Of a DNA stretch of 64,000 bases, positions 22,501-37,500 are shown in pieces. How positions within the stretch are numbered: the first letter of the stretch is position 1; each line of letters begins with the position of its first letter. Under the pieces are notes generated by a model. It did not search any database. It was not told the origin of the DNA and saw only the letters and a list, made by a program, of their open reading frames with translations. Made by a program: the position numbers and the translations under genes. The stretch covers positions 2,480,001 through 2,544,000 of the forward strand of contig NC_092673.1 in the NCBI RefSeq assembly GCF_964355755.1. Direction: 5' to 3'. This DNA is from Antedon mediterranea (lineage: Eukaryota; Animalia; Echinodermata).

Positions 22501-25500
22501 GGACACAGCTATTAAACAATGTAATAGTTATTAATTGGGTTGGGATAATTTGTTGGTTTCAGAATTGATTGGCTATCAATTGGGTCATATTAATTCTTCC
22601 ATGGACAAATGAATGAGAATGTTTTGAATCAATCTGGGATAGAGCAATGCTTCAGCATTTTAGCATAGGCTAGCATTGCATTATTGGTTCTATTGGGGCG
22701 GGTGACAACACACCATATTCAATTCCTGTTTTTCTACACGTTTGCATTTAAAACGCAATCCTCAATGCAAATCAAAACACTGAGCTCTGTAGATTATCCA
22801 ACAATCGATGGTTCCCACACAGGACACACGTATCTAATATACTTAAACGTTTGTTTATTGGTGGAAAAAAGTTGTGATGGTTGTGTTGAGTGTCATTTCC
22901 TTTTTTATGTATGAGAGCCTATGACTCAAACACTCAGTGTATACTTTTTATGCCCATGCTCCCGCCCCCCTTTTTTTCAAATTTTGAATCTCCCCTAAAC
23001 TCTTCCATTTATTCATGTTTCTTCTTACCTGCTACATGCTTTACCCGTCTCCTGTGCGCCCTTCAACACCGCATCATTGACCTCCATCATGTTGCTGCCG
23101 ATATTGATCATTGTACGTCCCAACTATAAGAACAATATATGTAAATGCCATGTAATTATTATAAATAGAAATTTAATAGAAATTAATATTATGTAAAGAA
23201 ATTATTTTGAATATAAATTTTATATAAGTTGTCAAAAAATGTACGAAATTATTCTGATATAAATATATCTCATTATGTGTGTATGTTTTTAATTTATGAA
23301 CTGTTTCTAATTGTATAAAAAATTACACAAACCAGAAATGGTGGAAAAGGGCTTATGTCGGGTTTATCTAGGTAAGCAGGCACGATATAGACTAGTTATT
23401 TGAAATGTTATATTTCCTTGTTTAAATAGTAATAAGCATAACAAACTAGGAATGAACATCTGTTAGTGGCAATGAGTCGCTGTTGGATTGGACTGAAATA
23501 AATCCAAATAACAAAGAAATAGAGAAACTTCAGATACAACTAAAGATTTATGTGAAAAAAAAAGTGTGACATGTGTGATATGGTAATATGACATCATCAG
23601 ATCCATATATGGGCGCATTACATTTTTGTTCTCACATAAAGTTTACAGAGTAGACAGAGCTTATGCAACAAATAATGTTTAATTCTGTGTTTGATATTAG
23701 CATGTACATATACTGGCTGCAGGAGACATCAATTTGTTGCTGGTAACTATTAATATGTTGTTGTATATTATAATAGTAACGTGTCAACACTTTCATTTTC
23801 TAGTTAAGAATCATTGCGGCTGTATCCAAAATTCTAACAAATTCTACTTGAGCTACCTGCAATAAACATTTTCGAATTTAGCTCATAAATCTTAATGTTG
23901 TTCCTTAAATCATTCTGAATTTAATAAAAGAAGAAAAAAATCACTGAATTACGTTCTCAACAGTATTACCATCAATCAAATACTTATTATTGTAAATGGG
24001 TTTGGAAATTTGATGAATGCGATTTTAAATCCCTTAAGCAAAATTTACAGGAATGCTTTTAAAGTCTGTATTTCGAAAATAAATTAAAAAAATAATTTGT
24101 TTTTTCTTCTTTATATGATTCCTTACCTCCTGACTTGTGTATTGGATTATCTTCTCCATTGCATTGGCAACATAGATGATGTTAGCTGTGTCTTTGAAAC
24201 CTGCAGCATCTGACGTTTGCATCTCAAGCTCTTGCGCAATAGCCAAGGCTTGCTCCGAGTTGCTACAACTTTGCTGCAAAAATAAAATATAATTAAAAAT
24301 TAATAATAAATTAACCACATAAACAGTCTCTTCCTGTGACTTGCACTTCTTACACTCAGAGCCTAGCATCTGATGATGGAAGAGTGATTTTTTTTCAACC
24401 TTTATGAAACAGTTTGTAGTTTTCAAATAAAATGTTGATGTCATTTATTTATCTATTAAATTAAAAAATAATATAACATTTTTTTGTTTTCAATTTTCAT
24501 GCAACTACAGTATAACAACTAATAAGGGGCCAGTGTCCCTGTCATCAGTCAGTGTACGTTGCGTGGATTAAATATGCCAGAGAACGCATTACCCTCGGAA
24601 CCAACACTATAAATTCCCCTTAATAGAGGTGGACTCCAAATAGGGGACACCACTTCCTCGTTTCACAAGGACAGTTTCTCTTAGCAAAATCCCATACTTA
24701 AACTCAATTTTTATATCAACAGTTTCAATGAAAATTATTTTCATCAATAGATTAATCTGCATGTAATAGATTGAATTTTAGATAAAAACCATTCAAGATT
24801 TGATAAAAAAATACCAAATACATTATTTATTTATTGATATTGCAATAAATAAAACTAATAGCAACAACATTGATCACATTAATGATATGCCACTAATGAC
24901 ACTAAATGTTGCTTGTCAACATGTTGATGTTTGGTAATCATGAATAATGATCACAGATGCAATCGTCTCAACAGGACGAAAGCAATTAAGTAAACATAAC
25001 AACACGTCGTTGAAAATTGATTACGATTAATGAGAGATAAATCAAGGAAAAAAAGTTTTATATACTGTACTGCCTTCATTCTGAATACAATTACTTGATT
25101 AATTGGCTAAAGTCCTGTCTACACTATTAAACTAGTTTGACAAAAAAGTGTGATGTGCCCAAATATGATAGTGATATACCCAAATATGGTAGTGATATGA
25201 CATCATCATATCGATAAATGGGCACATCACATTTTTTTGTCACATAAAGTTTGATAGTGTTGACAGAGCATATTGTGTCTGTAGAAATGTCAATAGTTGC
25301 AATATGCACTCATTTTAAGAAATATAATTAATTTACATATGTGAAATAAAGCTTGGTTCCCACTTCGATGCAGCACAACGACGCAAGAAATTTGAAATTT
25401 CATCCAAACTGTTGCTTGTGATTGGTCAAATCATTTGCATTGTGATTATGTAAAGCGTTGCGTCAAAGTACGAACCAAGCTTAAATATAGTTCAGTGAGC

Positions 25501-28500
25501 GCTCACTGGCGTAACCTAGAGGTCCCAGAGCTCAAGTGGCTCCAGAGCATGAGCAGTCCAATGCAACTACCCAGCATTAGGAGTGCTACACCATGGACCT
25601 GTACACCATGCACCACTGGACTGTATAAAGCATGCTAATCATACAACCATCATCAACCACAACCATAAATCTTTAACACATAACAAACTCCAACCAAAAC
25701 AAACTACACAAAATAAACATGTTAAGTACAGAAAACTAAACTTCACAAAGCACACTGTAATAAAAAGTTTTCAGCAAATTATCCGTCAAATTTGTCTTTT
25801 GTCTGTTTGTTATTTTAATGTTGAGCATCAAATAAATTCAATCAATTCAATCAATCAATCCACAGCCTACTTTAATACCACATGATTAACCTTTGGCTCA
25901 CCTCTTAGGCTTAAGATGTTTTAGGAACATTTTAATGTGAGATTTTTTCAGTGACATATTGATGAGTATGCTAAGAATTACATGCTTTAAAACGGAATGT
26001 GCATCTTAAGATTATCATACAGTACTATGTAATATAAACGGTTTGTGCAAGTTTTCCTCAGATGGCCATTAAGTAAACAACGCATTTCTCACCTTTGAAA
26101 GACGCTGCAACGCTCTTGTTGTGCGGTCAACATACGCACACAGAGAAGTATCAGCAATGTTCCATTTTCCGTGTACATCACACATGCGTGTTGCATAGCT
26201 TTTGCTGGAATCACCTTCAAATGGGCAGCGTACACGGAATGCGAAGCCAGCAACCGTCTTGCCCCAAACAAACGTACCTGCAAAATTTTAGAAAACATTT
26301 TTTTTATTACTCCAAAGAATTTAAAGTTGGAGCAGCTCAGCTGGTGACCAGGTCCTTCATGTGAACAACTGCATTAAATATGTCTGAAATACAATAATAC
26401 ATTTTGTGATGGTGATTTAGAAAAGGTTCATCTGTTGGCAGGGAATAGTACGTAGCTGCTTCACAAAATAAATTTATAAAGCTCGGTCTACACTATCAAA
26501 CTAGTTTGAAAAAAAAAAAGTGTGATTTGCCCAAATATGATAGTGATATGCCTAAATATGGCAGTGATATGACATAATCATATCCATATATGGGCACATC
26601 ACAATTTTTTATCACAAAGTTTGATAGTGTAGACAGAGATTTGAAAAGTTGAATGAAAATAAAAATTATTTTTTTTCATTATATATCATTGATGTACCTT
26701 TACTATCCTTAGTCTCAACTTCGTCACAAAACAATGTTTTGTTCGATAGCACTTTAACAGTCACATGTTTATTAAGGTACCCTCGTTTTGTAAAAACATG
26801 GCACAGCCAAATTCCGTCGTTCTCACTTTGGATACTGCGAATGTCTACGCGGCTCTCGATCATCGTCATGTCCGGTAGGGTCTTCGTTATCAGTTTGACT
26901 CCAGTGCTAATATTGGATGTCAACCGGTTGTCATTGTGAACCCACTCAATTTTTTGCAGAGCTTCTTCAAAGTATGTCGCACGACATACAAGTTGGAATG
27001 GGTCACCTTTGACGACTAACTGTGTAGATGATGGATTTAATTCAAATATTGGTAACTCCAAAGGTGAATCTAGAAGATAATACAATTAAAAAGAAAAAAA
27101 GGTAACATTTACATCTCTTTCTATCCTAATTCTTATTTTTTTGCACAGTGTCAATTCAAAAACAAGATTTGTTAGTCATACTACTATTGGGCCAAAATCT
27201 ACAACAAAAACAGAAGGCGCTATAGAAAAGTCAGTCACGCAATTTGCGACTAAACAAAGACGTTCATCCAAGATTCATCCAACGCAGAGGCCCCTGGTTT
27301 AGGAAACCCTCCTACCCTCGGGATTTTTTAGCCTTTTCAGCATATTTTAATTTAGTTTTTTCCTCTGGGCACTGGTAATAGACCCTATAATCTCTGAGGC
27401 CCCTGGGTTTAGCCAGTGAGCGCTCATAGCCGTTACGCCACTGAAGATAGGTCTAGCCCCATAGAAGGTGGTGTGTTAATAGATTTTCTCAAAATTTTGG
27501 TCGGTGGGAAAACAGTTTTTTTTAAAGATCTCACATTAACTTTTATCATTGGTTAATGTTTATCTGAAATAATGTCTTTCAAATGAAGAACCTCTAACAA
27601 ATAAACATTTTTTTTAACCACAAGTGCCATGAGTAAAGTCACCCATTTCCACAATTAATGAAATATCTATTAATACTCACTGCAATTTAAATCTTTCTTT
27701 TTCAGGGAGTCAACTTCATCTTTACGATAGGATTCAGGGTATTGACAGACGGTTGTGTTTATAATCTTTACATTCTGATCTTTCTTCCATTTCAGTAACC
27801 ATGTCATCTTGCAATCACACAGCACATAAGCTGACTGAAAATCACTAAAGAAAACACCATAATTAGTTAAAGACACTAGACCTATATTTTTTTCAGCCTA
27901 ATTGTCACACACTACATTAATGTAAAAATAAATACTATATGGAACTATTGCGATAATTTGTTTCATCTTTATTGGTTAAAAATGTGAAAAATAATTTGAT
28001 TCTAATAATTTAAGTGGCCCACATAAATACCAGAATGCATTACGCACGGATTGATATTTTCATATTGTGATGTGATCCATTTTAAACCATCATGAAAGTG
28101 TAAATAAAAAAGAGAATCATAACTTTTTAGAGAAAATACCAGGTCTTCCCTAATTTGTATGAACGGGATTCAGCCAAAAAAAAGGGAAAGACACTTTTAA
28201 TCAGCAACGAGACAATGTCAGGCGAGGCCTATAGCTAGCGTACGATGTTCGCACGTTACAAAATTAACAGCTCAGGCAGACTGAATGATGGCACATTCTC
28301 ATTTGCATTCATGTCATAGATGACAAGCAGAAAAAAGTCTTTTAATGATTTAATCTTTTCAAATTAAATTATAGAAATGAAACCTGACTGAAGAAGGACT
28401 CTATCCTATCTGTCTCTTGATGTATGTCAGGTCCGGAGGATATGAATCATTTACACAAGGAAAAAGAGGTGGGGTGGGGCTTCTGTATTAAGATGGTGGC

Positions 28501-31500
28501 AAGATAGGGTGTGGTTGCTGTATAAAATGGTGGCAAGATTGGGTGTGGTTTCTATATTAAGATGGTGGCAAGATTGGGTGTGGTTTCTGTATTAAGATAA
28601 TGATAACGGTACATTGGGTGTGGTTTCTATATTAAGATGGTGGCAAGATTGGGTGTGGTTTCTATATTAAGATGGTGGCAAGATTGGGTGTGGTTTCTGT
28701 ATTAAGATAATGATAACGGTACATTGGGTGTGGTTTCTATATTAAAATGGTGGCAAGATTGGATGTGGTTGCTATATTAAAATGAGGGTAGATACGGTTG
28801 ATGTATTAAGATGGTGACAACATTGGGTGTGGTTTCTATTTTAAGATAAAGGAGGATGGTAGATGGGGTGTGGTGTCTATATAAAGGTAGATAAATACTG
28901 GTATCTATAAATATAGAGGTACAGATAAAGTGTAATGGTGTTTTTGACTTATAATTATCAATAGAAAATATTCTTTCTGAATGTAAATGAATGCAATCAA
29001 ACTAAAACAAAACACTCTTTAACACAACATAATTCTAACTGGGAAAACGTAAGATGGAGTATTTTGACAGAAGTTAATATAAACAGGTAAAAATAGCACC
29101 ATACGCATAAAAAAAAAGAAAACCACTACAAAAGAAATACAAAAACTACGGAAACAGCTGCAGCCTGAGGGCGCAACACTATGCGTTCCTTCACTATCCG
29201 GGTCACCTTAAATTATTTGAGGTCAATGTTTAAGCAAGCTATTGCATATGGCCTTATGTGATCCATAGATCCATGCATATCAAAGTTAAATAAAGTCTCT
29301 ACAATGTTGACAAAATACATAGGATTGTGTTCAGTGATAGTCAATAAGGTCACAAAGTTGAAATTTAGTTTCATTTTAAAATTATTTGTAGCAAGTCAAA
29401 GTCACAAAGAATTTTTTATTTTAAAAACGGGTCACCTGACATGTGAATTTATAAAACAAAACATGTCAGTTAGCAGGAAAAGGAATTCAATGATGAAATA
29501 AATGTTGATTCTGTCAGAGCCATAAGTTACAATAACATGTGGTGTGCTACGATTTATGACATCACAGTCCAGATATCAAGTTTCAATTTTTAGATTTATT
29601 GAATTCAAAATTAAAACAATAAAAAATGTATTGTTGATTTATTAGCCACTTTACAACTTTAATTTCTTTTAGCTCATAACTTTCATGTTTCTGGTGTTTG
29701 TTTTGCATCATGAGTTGAATGTGATGTGTCTATATATGGACCTGATGATGTCATATCGCTACCATATTTGAGCATATCACTACCATATTTGTTGGGCACA
29801 TCACACTTTTTTGTCAAACTAGTTTGATAGTGTAGAAATAGCTTTAGAGAAAGAGTTTGACAAATAATATACTACCTGTTGACCTACTTACAGTGTTTTT
29901 AAATTTGGGAGACTGTCAAAACAACCTTCTGGCAAGCGAGATATTAAGTTGAAAGATAGATTTCTATAAGAAAAAAAAATTGTTTAGTACAGAATAGCTT
30001 TCAACACGATTAGAATCGTAGAATTCCAATTAAGGGAATGCACTATTATGTAACAATCACCCATTAAGGGGACACCTTTGGGACCCAACAAAATATCTTC
30101 TTACTGAATAAGCATTAGATATTGTTAAGCTCTGTCTACACTATCAAACTAGTTTGACAAAACAAGTGTGATGTGTCCAAATATGGTAGTGATACAACAT
30201 AACATCATCATGTCCATATATGGGCACATCACATTTTTTGTCACATTTGATAGTGTAGACAGAGCTTAAAACATTTCTAATCGTTGATTTTATGTAAAGT
30301 GTTCCTTTAATAGGAGTGACCCCTTAAGGGTCATCTCTATAGTGGTGTCCCAAAGGAGAAGTTGAGTGTAGTGTCATACAAAAAGCATCTCTCTATACTT
30401 ACAATTTCTCAAGGCTAACCAATCCATTGAATAATGAACTATTAATTATTGTTCTGAGTTGATTGTTGGACAAATCCCTAAAAGGAAAAAAAACAATTGA
30501 CATTAAGAAATGGAACTTCTATGAGATGACTCTATTAGTTATAAAATTTGTTATAAACCTGTATATATCATTTTGTAGTGAACATTATAAACATTATGAT
30601 GCTTTCAGAATGTTGTTGTTAGGTTAATCTCGATATCTCAGTGCAAGAAATCTCTTTGTGGAAAACAATATTCGTTCTTTTTATGAATTTTTTAGGCTGA
30701 CAATTTCAGATTTCTAACCAGAATTATGAATAGCAAAAACAGAATGTCAAACTGTATATATGAATATTTATTGTTAGATTCCAAAATGTATTGTAAGTGG
30801 GGAGAGGCACTATACTGTATGTCAAGAGATTCTTGGTCCTCTCTCCACATTATACTTAGTATGTTTATGGACAGTTTATGTGAAATAAATTTAAATTGAA
30901 TTGAATTATTAAAGGCAAAACAGAAACTGATAGTAAATGACTTATAAAAACAAAATAATTAAAGATGATGATTTCCAGTTAGCAGACTGATGTGGTTTAA
31001 ATCTCATGAAATTATCATTCTGTCAAAAACATTTTACTAAACATGATCACTTAAAGAAACAAATCACTTTCATTAGGGAAAGTTAAGGACTAAAGCTCTG
31101 TTTTGACTAAAAAAGTGTGATATGCCCAAATATGGTAGTGATATGCCCAAATATGATAGTGATATGACATCATCGTGTCAATATACTATATGGGCACATC
31201 ACATTTTTTTGTCACATAAAGTTTGTCAAACTAGTTTGATAGTGTAGACAGAGGTTTAGGAAAATGTTGTGTTAATCACAACTTATAACATAATTCTGTA
31301 AATTATTATTTTGCGGTTTGTTTTATTTAGCTACCACTACGAATAAAAAAGTTATTTACAGTGAGTATTGTGTTATATAGAACAAACAGTGGTTTTTAAT
31401 TGGAGGTTCCGTAGGTTGAAAGGTTTTAATTGAAAGGGACATAATATAATAATAAAATGAGTGTTTTTAACTATCAAAAGCGGAGTGAACACAAGAAGTA

Positions 31501-34500
31501 AGACACCTGGACTCGAGAGACATGAGTAAGCAAAAAGACACTTGTTGTTGCGCTGAAATTGCATCAATAAATAGTCACATGGCAATATCTGTCTAGCTTT
31601 GCTAATAATGTTGTTTGACGGCCTCGGCATAATCTCCGACAATGACCACGTTTTTCTGTCGTCAGTCGGATGGCTTACACGCATTACGCGGCAGTTTTCG
31701 AACATCTGTAGGAAGTGATCGGTATCGTAAATGCCACTGCACACGTAATGCAAGTTGACGTGATGGTAATAGGCAAGGATGGATAAATACTTGGCCCGCA
31801 TAAAAAAATCCACACCTCATGTTCTTATGTTTTAATTTCATTTTGCACATGACAAGATTTTTATCAGGAGAGTAAAAATTCACCTCTACTAACTGAAACC
31901 TGTGACTTCATAATTGCTTTTAAACCACATGTGTCTAGTCTCATTAGAAATAAGATTATGTTGACCTTACAGTATAATCATAAAAATAAACATTCTATAA
32001 ATATACAATTTTAAGGATTATTGTATTTTGCCTTTAATATGTTAATACATGTTTTTTAGTGTATCACTGTATGAATAACTTATTCATATTAATTTTACTA
32101 TTATTAAAAATTGTTATTACTTGTTTGATTGATTATACATTAACGTTGTATAAATATTAATAAGCATTTATGAATATTTGCTACACAAATATTTAATAAA
32201 CATTATGGATATTCATTAGTACAAATATTTATTAATATAGATAATTATAATATTCAGTAAAGCTACAAAAATATTTACTAAAAATCATGTTTATTCATTA
32301 CAATTTACATCTACACAAATATTGACTAAAAAACATGAATATTCAATAAAGCTACACAAATATTTACTAAAAAATCATGAATATTCATTAAGCTACATAA
32401 ATATTTACTAAAAATCATGAATATTCATTAAATCTACTGTACACAAATATTTACTAAAAATCATGAATATTCATTATTAAGCTACATAAATATTTACTAA
32501 GCTAAACAAATATTCATTAGTAAGAGTACATAATGTATGTTAGCCTGTGGATAAGATCAATAGCTAATAGTAACAATCAACCATAACACTTCAAATCCTA
32601 AACTTCTGTGAATTTTGCTTTCGGCCACGCATTTCTGAGTAGCAAAGTGTGCACTTGAGCACGAGAACCGCATTTTCTTCTCCGTCTTCTTGCCCATCAT
32701 TATCATAATGCCATAATCTAATCAGTTTTAGTGCTTACTTTAAAAAGCTAAGATTGTCTTTAGATGTAATAATCTTTAATATCAACTTACTGTAGAAAAC
32801 TTCACATTATTTTTATTACAAACAACCATTTTTTAATATATTAATACTGATGCTTTATATCTCACTTGTTCTTATTATTTTTTATAACCATGTTAAACGG
32901 CCAACAAGACAAGTTTACTTCAACGTTGGTCCTCATTTTATGCTTTACATATGTGTATGGCATTTAATGAAATAATTGTTTGTTGAATAGGACCCTTTCA
33001 TGTTAACTAAAATCTTTACAAATCAACACTCCACTACTTTCAAATAACATAATACCAAAGAACTTATAACACAAGAATCTCCTGTTCGTCCGAAGCGCGT
33101 AACTATTTCGAAAGGCATTGTGGGATAGAATAGAGCTATGGGTGGCGCCATTGTGAGCTATGGAGTAGGGCGCCCGCATCAAATTAGAAAGTCAAAATCA
33201 TAGAGGGGATCTGCTAATGCTCTAGGGGGGATAGAGTAATTGACTGAGGAGTAGGGCGCCCGCATCAAATTAGAAAGTCAAAATCATAGAGGGGATCTGC
33301 TAATACTCTAGGGGGGTAGAGTAATTGACTTCCTAGTTTGGAGGGGGCGCTGCTCCATGCTGTGAAATGGCGTCGCCCAGTTTGACCTTTTAACCCTGTA
33401 CTTCCGATACTGTGTTTTGAATGCAAATTGAAGAACAGGAGATTCTTGTGTTATAAGTTCTTTGATAATACTTACAATCGTTTTAAATTCTCAAGCTGTG
33501 AAAATGCATCTGGCTCAATAGTTGATATTCGGTTATTACTCAAGTCCCTGAAAAATATTAAGAAACAAAAAAATTATATTTTTACTCTTTTGCTTTTCAC
33601 AAAAATTGCATCCGAAATACTGTACAACAATTCCTAATTTTGTACATTTATATGTGGAATTGTTAGAAATAAAAATTAGATTGAACTGTTAGTATTGAAC
33701 TCGGGAATATGTAGTTACAACAAAAAACACTATAGTATGCACATTTCTAAATTATAGATTGCACTGCAATTCAATTGAAAGTGTTTTTCAGAATACTGTA
33801 GTGCATTTGATATCTTAACAAAGAAATACAGACAAATTTGACACAGTAAGTTTATAATTAAAAAATATCACTTATAATAGCAAAATAGTTAAGAATGTAA
33901 GCTAATTAATATTAATGTAAAACATTGGTCACAATGATTCAAGTTCAACGTAAATTATTATTTAACGCGATTATAAGTAATAATTTGGTTAATTACAAAA
34001 GAACATTCATATGTTTATTAATTATTAGTAATTACAAATTATTTACTCAGTATTTAAAGAAGTTATGGGACAAATATGGGATATAATCCAACCATGGGAT
34101 ATAAATGCACTAAAATATTGTCAGAAAAATGTAATGGAAAATGCTTATAAAAAATAATTACATCACACCTATACTTTTTAACAAAATTAATTTCATAAAT
34201 AGGTGAGAACGCGTGATTTTTGACGATTTATTGATCTCACACTATAACCACACATGAAGCTTTCCAATCCCAAACATCTCGTTACCACAATACAGTACTT
34301 GCGCTTACTTACAATCAATAATAAATATATTTCAAAAAACTGCAAATAGTAAAAATTTAATCTGCTAATTTCAAAATACCATCCAAGGGGAAATATAAAG
34401 TTTTTAATGGAACCGCATTCCTACTAAATTATAAATATAATTATCCGATGACTCGTTCCGTAAGGACATCATATTTTATAAGAATTCATGGCATAAAATC

Positions 34501-37500
34501 CCAACTGATCTGTTTAAATTAATTCTTATAATTTAAATTCATTTTCTTTTATGAAATTAATCTAAAGACGTTTTAATATGTTTATGATTTACAGGGTGTC
34601 CCAGACAATCTACAGCAGCATTGAAATACTGAGAATTTTGTCTCTTATTTTAGATTTTTATAACCATACTTGACAGGTGCTATTTTATATACTTTAATAA
34701 AACTTTCAAAATACATCATCGCAGGTGTTTTAATATAATAAATATTCATAAAGTAATATATTCGTCTTATCTGTAGATTTGAGTTGTGTAGTTTTGGTTT
34801 AAATGCACAATGTATTTCAAACCGATTTCAGATTTAGCCAAAGATTTTGCGTAATCTTTTAACACACTCTTAAGCTAGTACTGTACTCTCATAAGAATAT
34901 GATATCAATGTAACACACTCAAGTTAAAAATAGAAGTTATATCTGAAATGTTATCAACGATAATAAAATGAGATAACATCAAGCAATTTATGAAACTATA
35001 TTAGACTGTAATATCGCTTTATTATTCCGGAATTAATGATACCTTGGTTTAGAAATGATGTAAAGAAATCGGTGAAAATAATACAATAACATAATCCAAA
35101 GAAGTTCATATGAGAGTCTGGATCCTTCAGGCTATGATCGTTATGCCGTGATTGTTTATTAAAAACAACTTTTTAAAAACCATTATCATTTTAGCGATAA
35201 ACTATTATCTAATTTGAGAAAATATCAAATTTCAGTTTATAATCTTAATTTGGTTAAGAAAACTCAAGCAATAAAATTACAAGGTTTTATAGTGTTTGTG
35301 AACTAAATTGGCTAAAGATGTCTACATATGTTAATGTTGTTCAATTTATAAAGAAAAAAGATTGTCCCAAAGCGCTATCAAACTAGTTTGACAAAAAAAG
35401 TGTGATGTACCCAAATAAGGTAGTGATACAGTATGCCCAAATATGGTAGTGATATGGCATCATCATTTTCATATACTGTATGGGCACATCACATATTTTG
35501 GTAACATAAAGTTTGATAGTGTAGACAGAGCTTAATAAATAATATTCCTCTCAAAAGAAAAAGCTATGACATAACCAAGAATCTTATAATGGAATATTAT
35601 AGTCTAACATCCTTAACACCCACCACAAAAACCTTCCCTTCATTTTCTATTCAATTCAATATTATTTTAATTTACAATAGATTGTTTAGTTTCCCATATT
35701 CAAACACAATGAATATAAGAAATGCCACTAGGCACATACAAGAAATGACGATCCACGCTTTTCTTTTTTCCAATACAGTGTTAAATGAATAAGACGTGAT
35801 GAATGATGAACCCTTGGCAATTTGATGCGATTAAAAATAATTCAACTTCACACGTTTGATGGTGCAGTTAAAACGTATTTCAACGAAAGTCACACGATAA
35901 ATTGAATGATGCGTAGATAACCGCTAATGATGGCCATATGTATTAGAAGCCGACCTACTTTTATCTATTGTTCAAAAAAGAAGACTTTCTAATATCACTT
36001 CATTATGGTAATATCATGAATATTAAGTTGACCTTTGACATCAAGGTACTGTAAAAAGGTTTTGTTTGAATACTAAGTTCTTATATTTTTATTTCAATAT
36101 TTTGGAATCAATAATTCTTTGGATACCTACTACAATTTGTAAAATACCGGTTTAATTATAATATTTATGCTTCAGATAAATACTAAAATAATTTAAATAA
36201 AATATTTGTTTCAACAATAGTTAAATTTGCAACATTTATTACAAGACAGTACAGGGAAATGAAACTAGAATACGGCTGTGATCAAAATGAAATTACAGCT
36301 TTGTCGGGTGTTTGTAGAAACAACCTGGGAGTTAGCACTATCAAAGAAGCTGCCAAGGCGTCAGGTGAAGGTAATGCATTTACAAAGTAATAAAACCCAC
36401 AACTGTAAGATAAAATTGCATTGCACGTCACACAAGCATTAAATTTGCATATTGAACATGTACATCAACAGTGTTGTAAATCATGTCATTCCTTAAAATT
36501 CATGTTATATTATTATGAGTTTGATATAATAACAATGTAACCATCACTAATTCGGTTAAATTAGGTTTTACCATCCCACGGTGACAATCAACCTGATTGA
36601 GAGAGTGGGTTCAAAAGATACCGCAATCAAATCAAAACACATTAAAAATATTGCCAGGTTTTTAAAATTGTGAAATATGAAATATGCCCGTTTTCGTGTT
36701 TTAGTACGCCCCTGGCAGTCATTAAAATTGTTATATATTTTCACTGAAGTTTGATTATGAAATAGAATACTAAATAATATATGGGAACACAGTACAGTAT
36801 ATGAACTAAATACAAGTAAATATGTTATTGTTAGGAATGTATTATTAGGAGGATTAAACAAAGGATTTGGTACATGAAAAGCCAACAGTGATGAATTTTA
36901 AAGTTAACCATAAATGTTTTATAAAAATTCTGGATTATATCAATGTGATAGGTTAATGTGTTGTAAACGCAATAATATACTGTTACTCTGTCTGATATAA
37001 CCCTGATACATACAGTTCAGTAGGTACAGTCATGCAACTTTCAGAATGTAACAATAACATTAGGCAAGCGCTTCCTATCGGAATATCAGAATTAGTGTTT
37101 GAATTGAGCTGCTATGTAACTCTTCAACCTTGTCCACACTATCAAACTTATAAGACAGTCCACAATTTAACAACGAAAGACCGCAATTTAACTCTGAAAA
37201 GACTGCAAATTAACTCTGAAACACTGTAATTTAACTCTGAAACACTGCAGTATAATTCTGAAACATCGCAATATAACTCCGATAAAGAACAGAGCCTGCA
37301 AACATAGTTAGTGATGGTCACAAGTCTTTGATTAAGGAGAATAGATGGTTTCCTGTGAACCTGGTCTTACATAATTGAGCATGTCTGACATTAATTTAAT
37401 ACTTCCTGTCCAAACATGTAATACAAGACATTACTTCTGTTATAAGCAAAAAAAACATAACATAATATGACAAAATAAACACAAGTAAACCACAAACTCA

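Noticed and set aside
28385-28415. Second hammerhead-like motif (ctgaaga-aggactctatcct)
   Set aside because: No GAAA box or stem III; too weak.
31373-31883. 146-aa and 73-aa intronic ORFs
   Set aside because: No recognisable domain, non-ATG starts, and no fit to the ADGRA exon chain.
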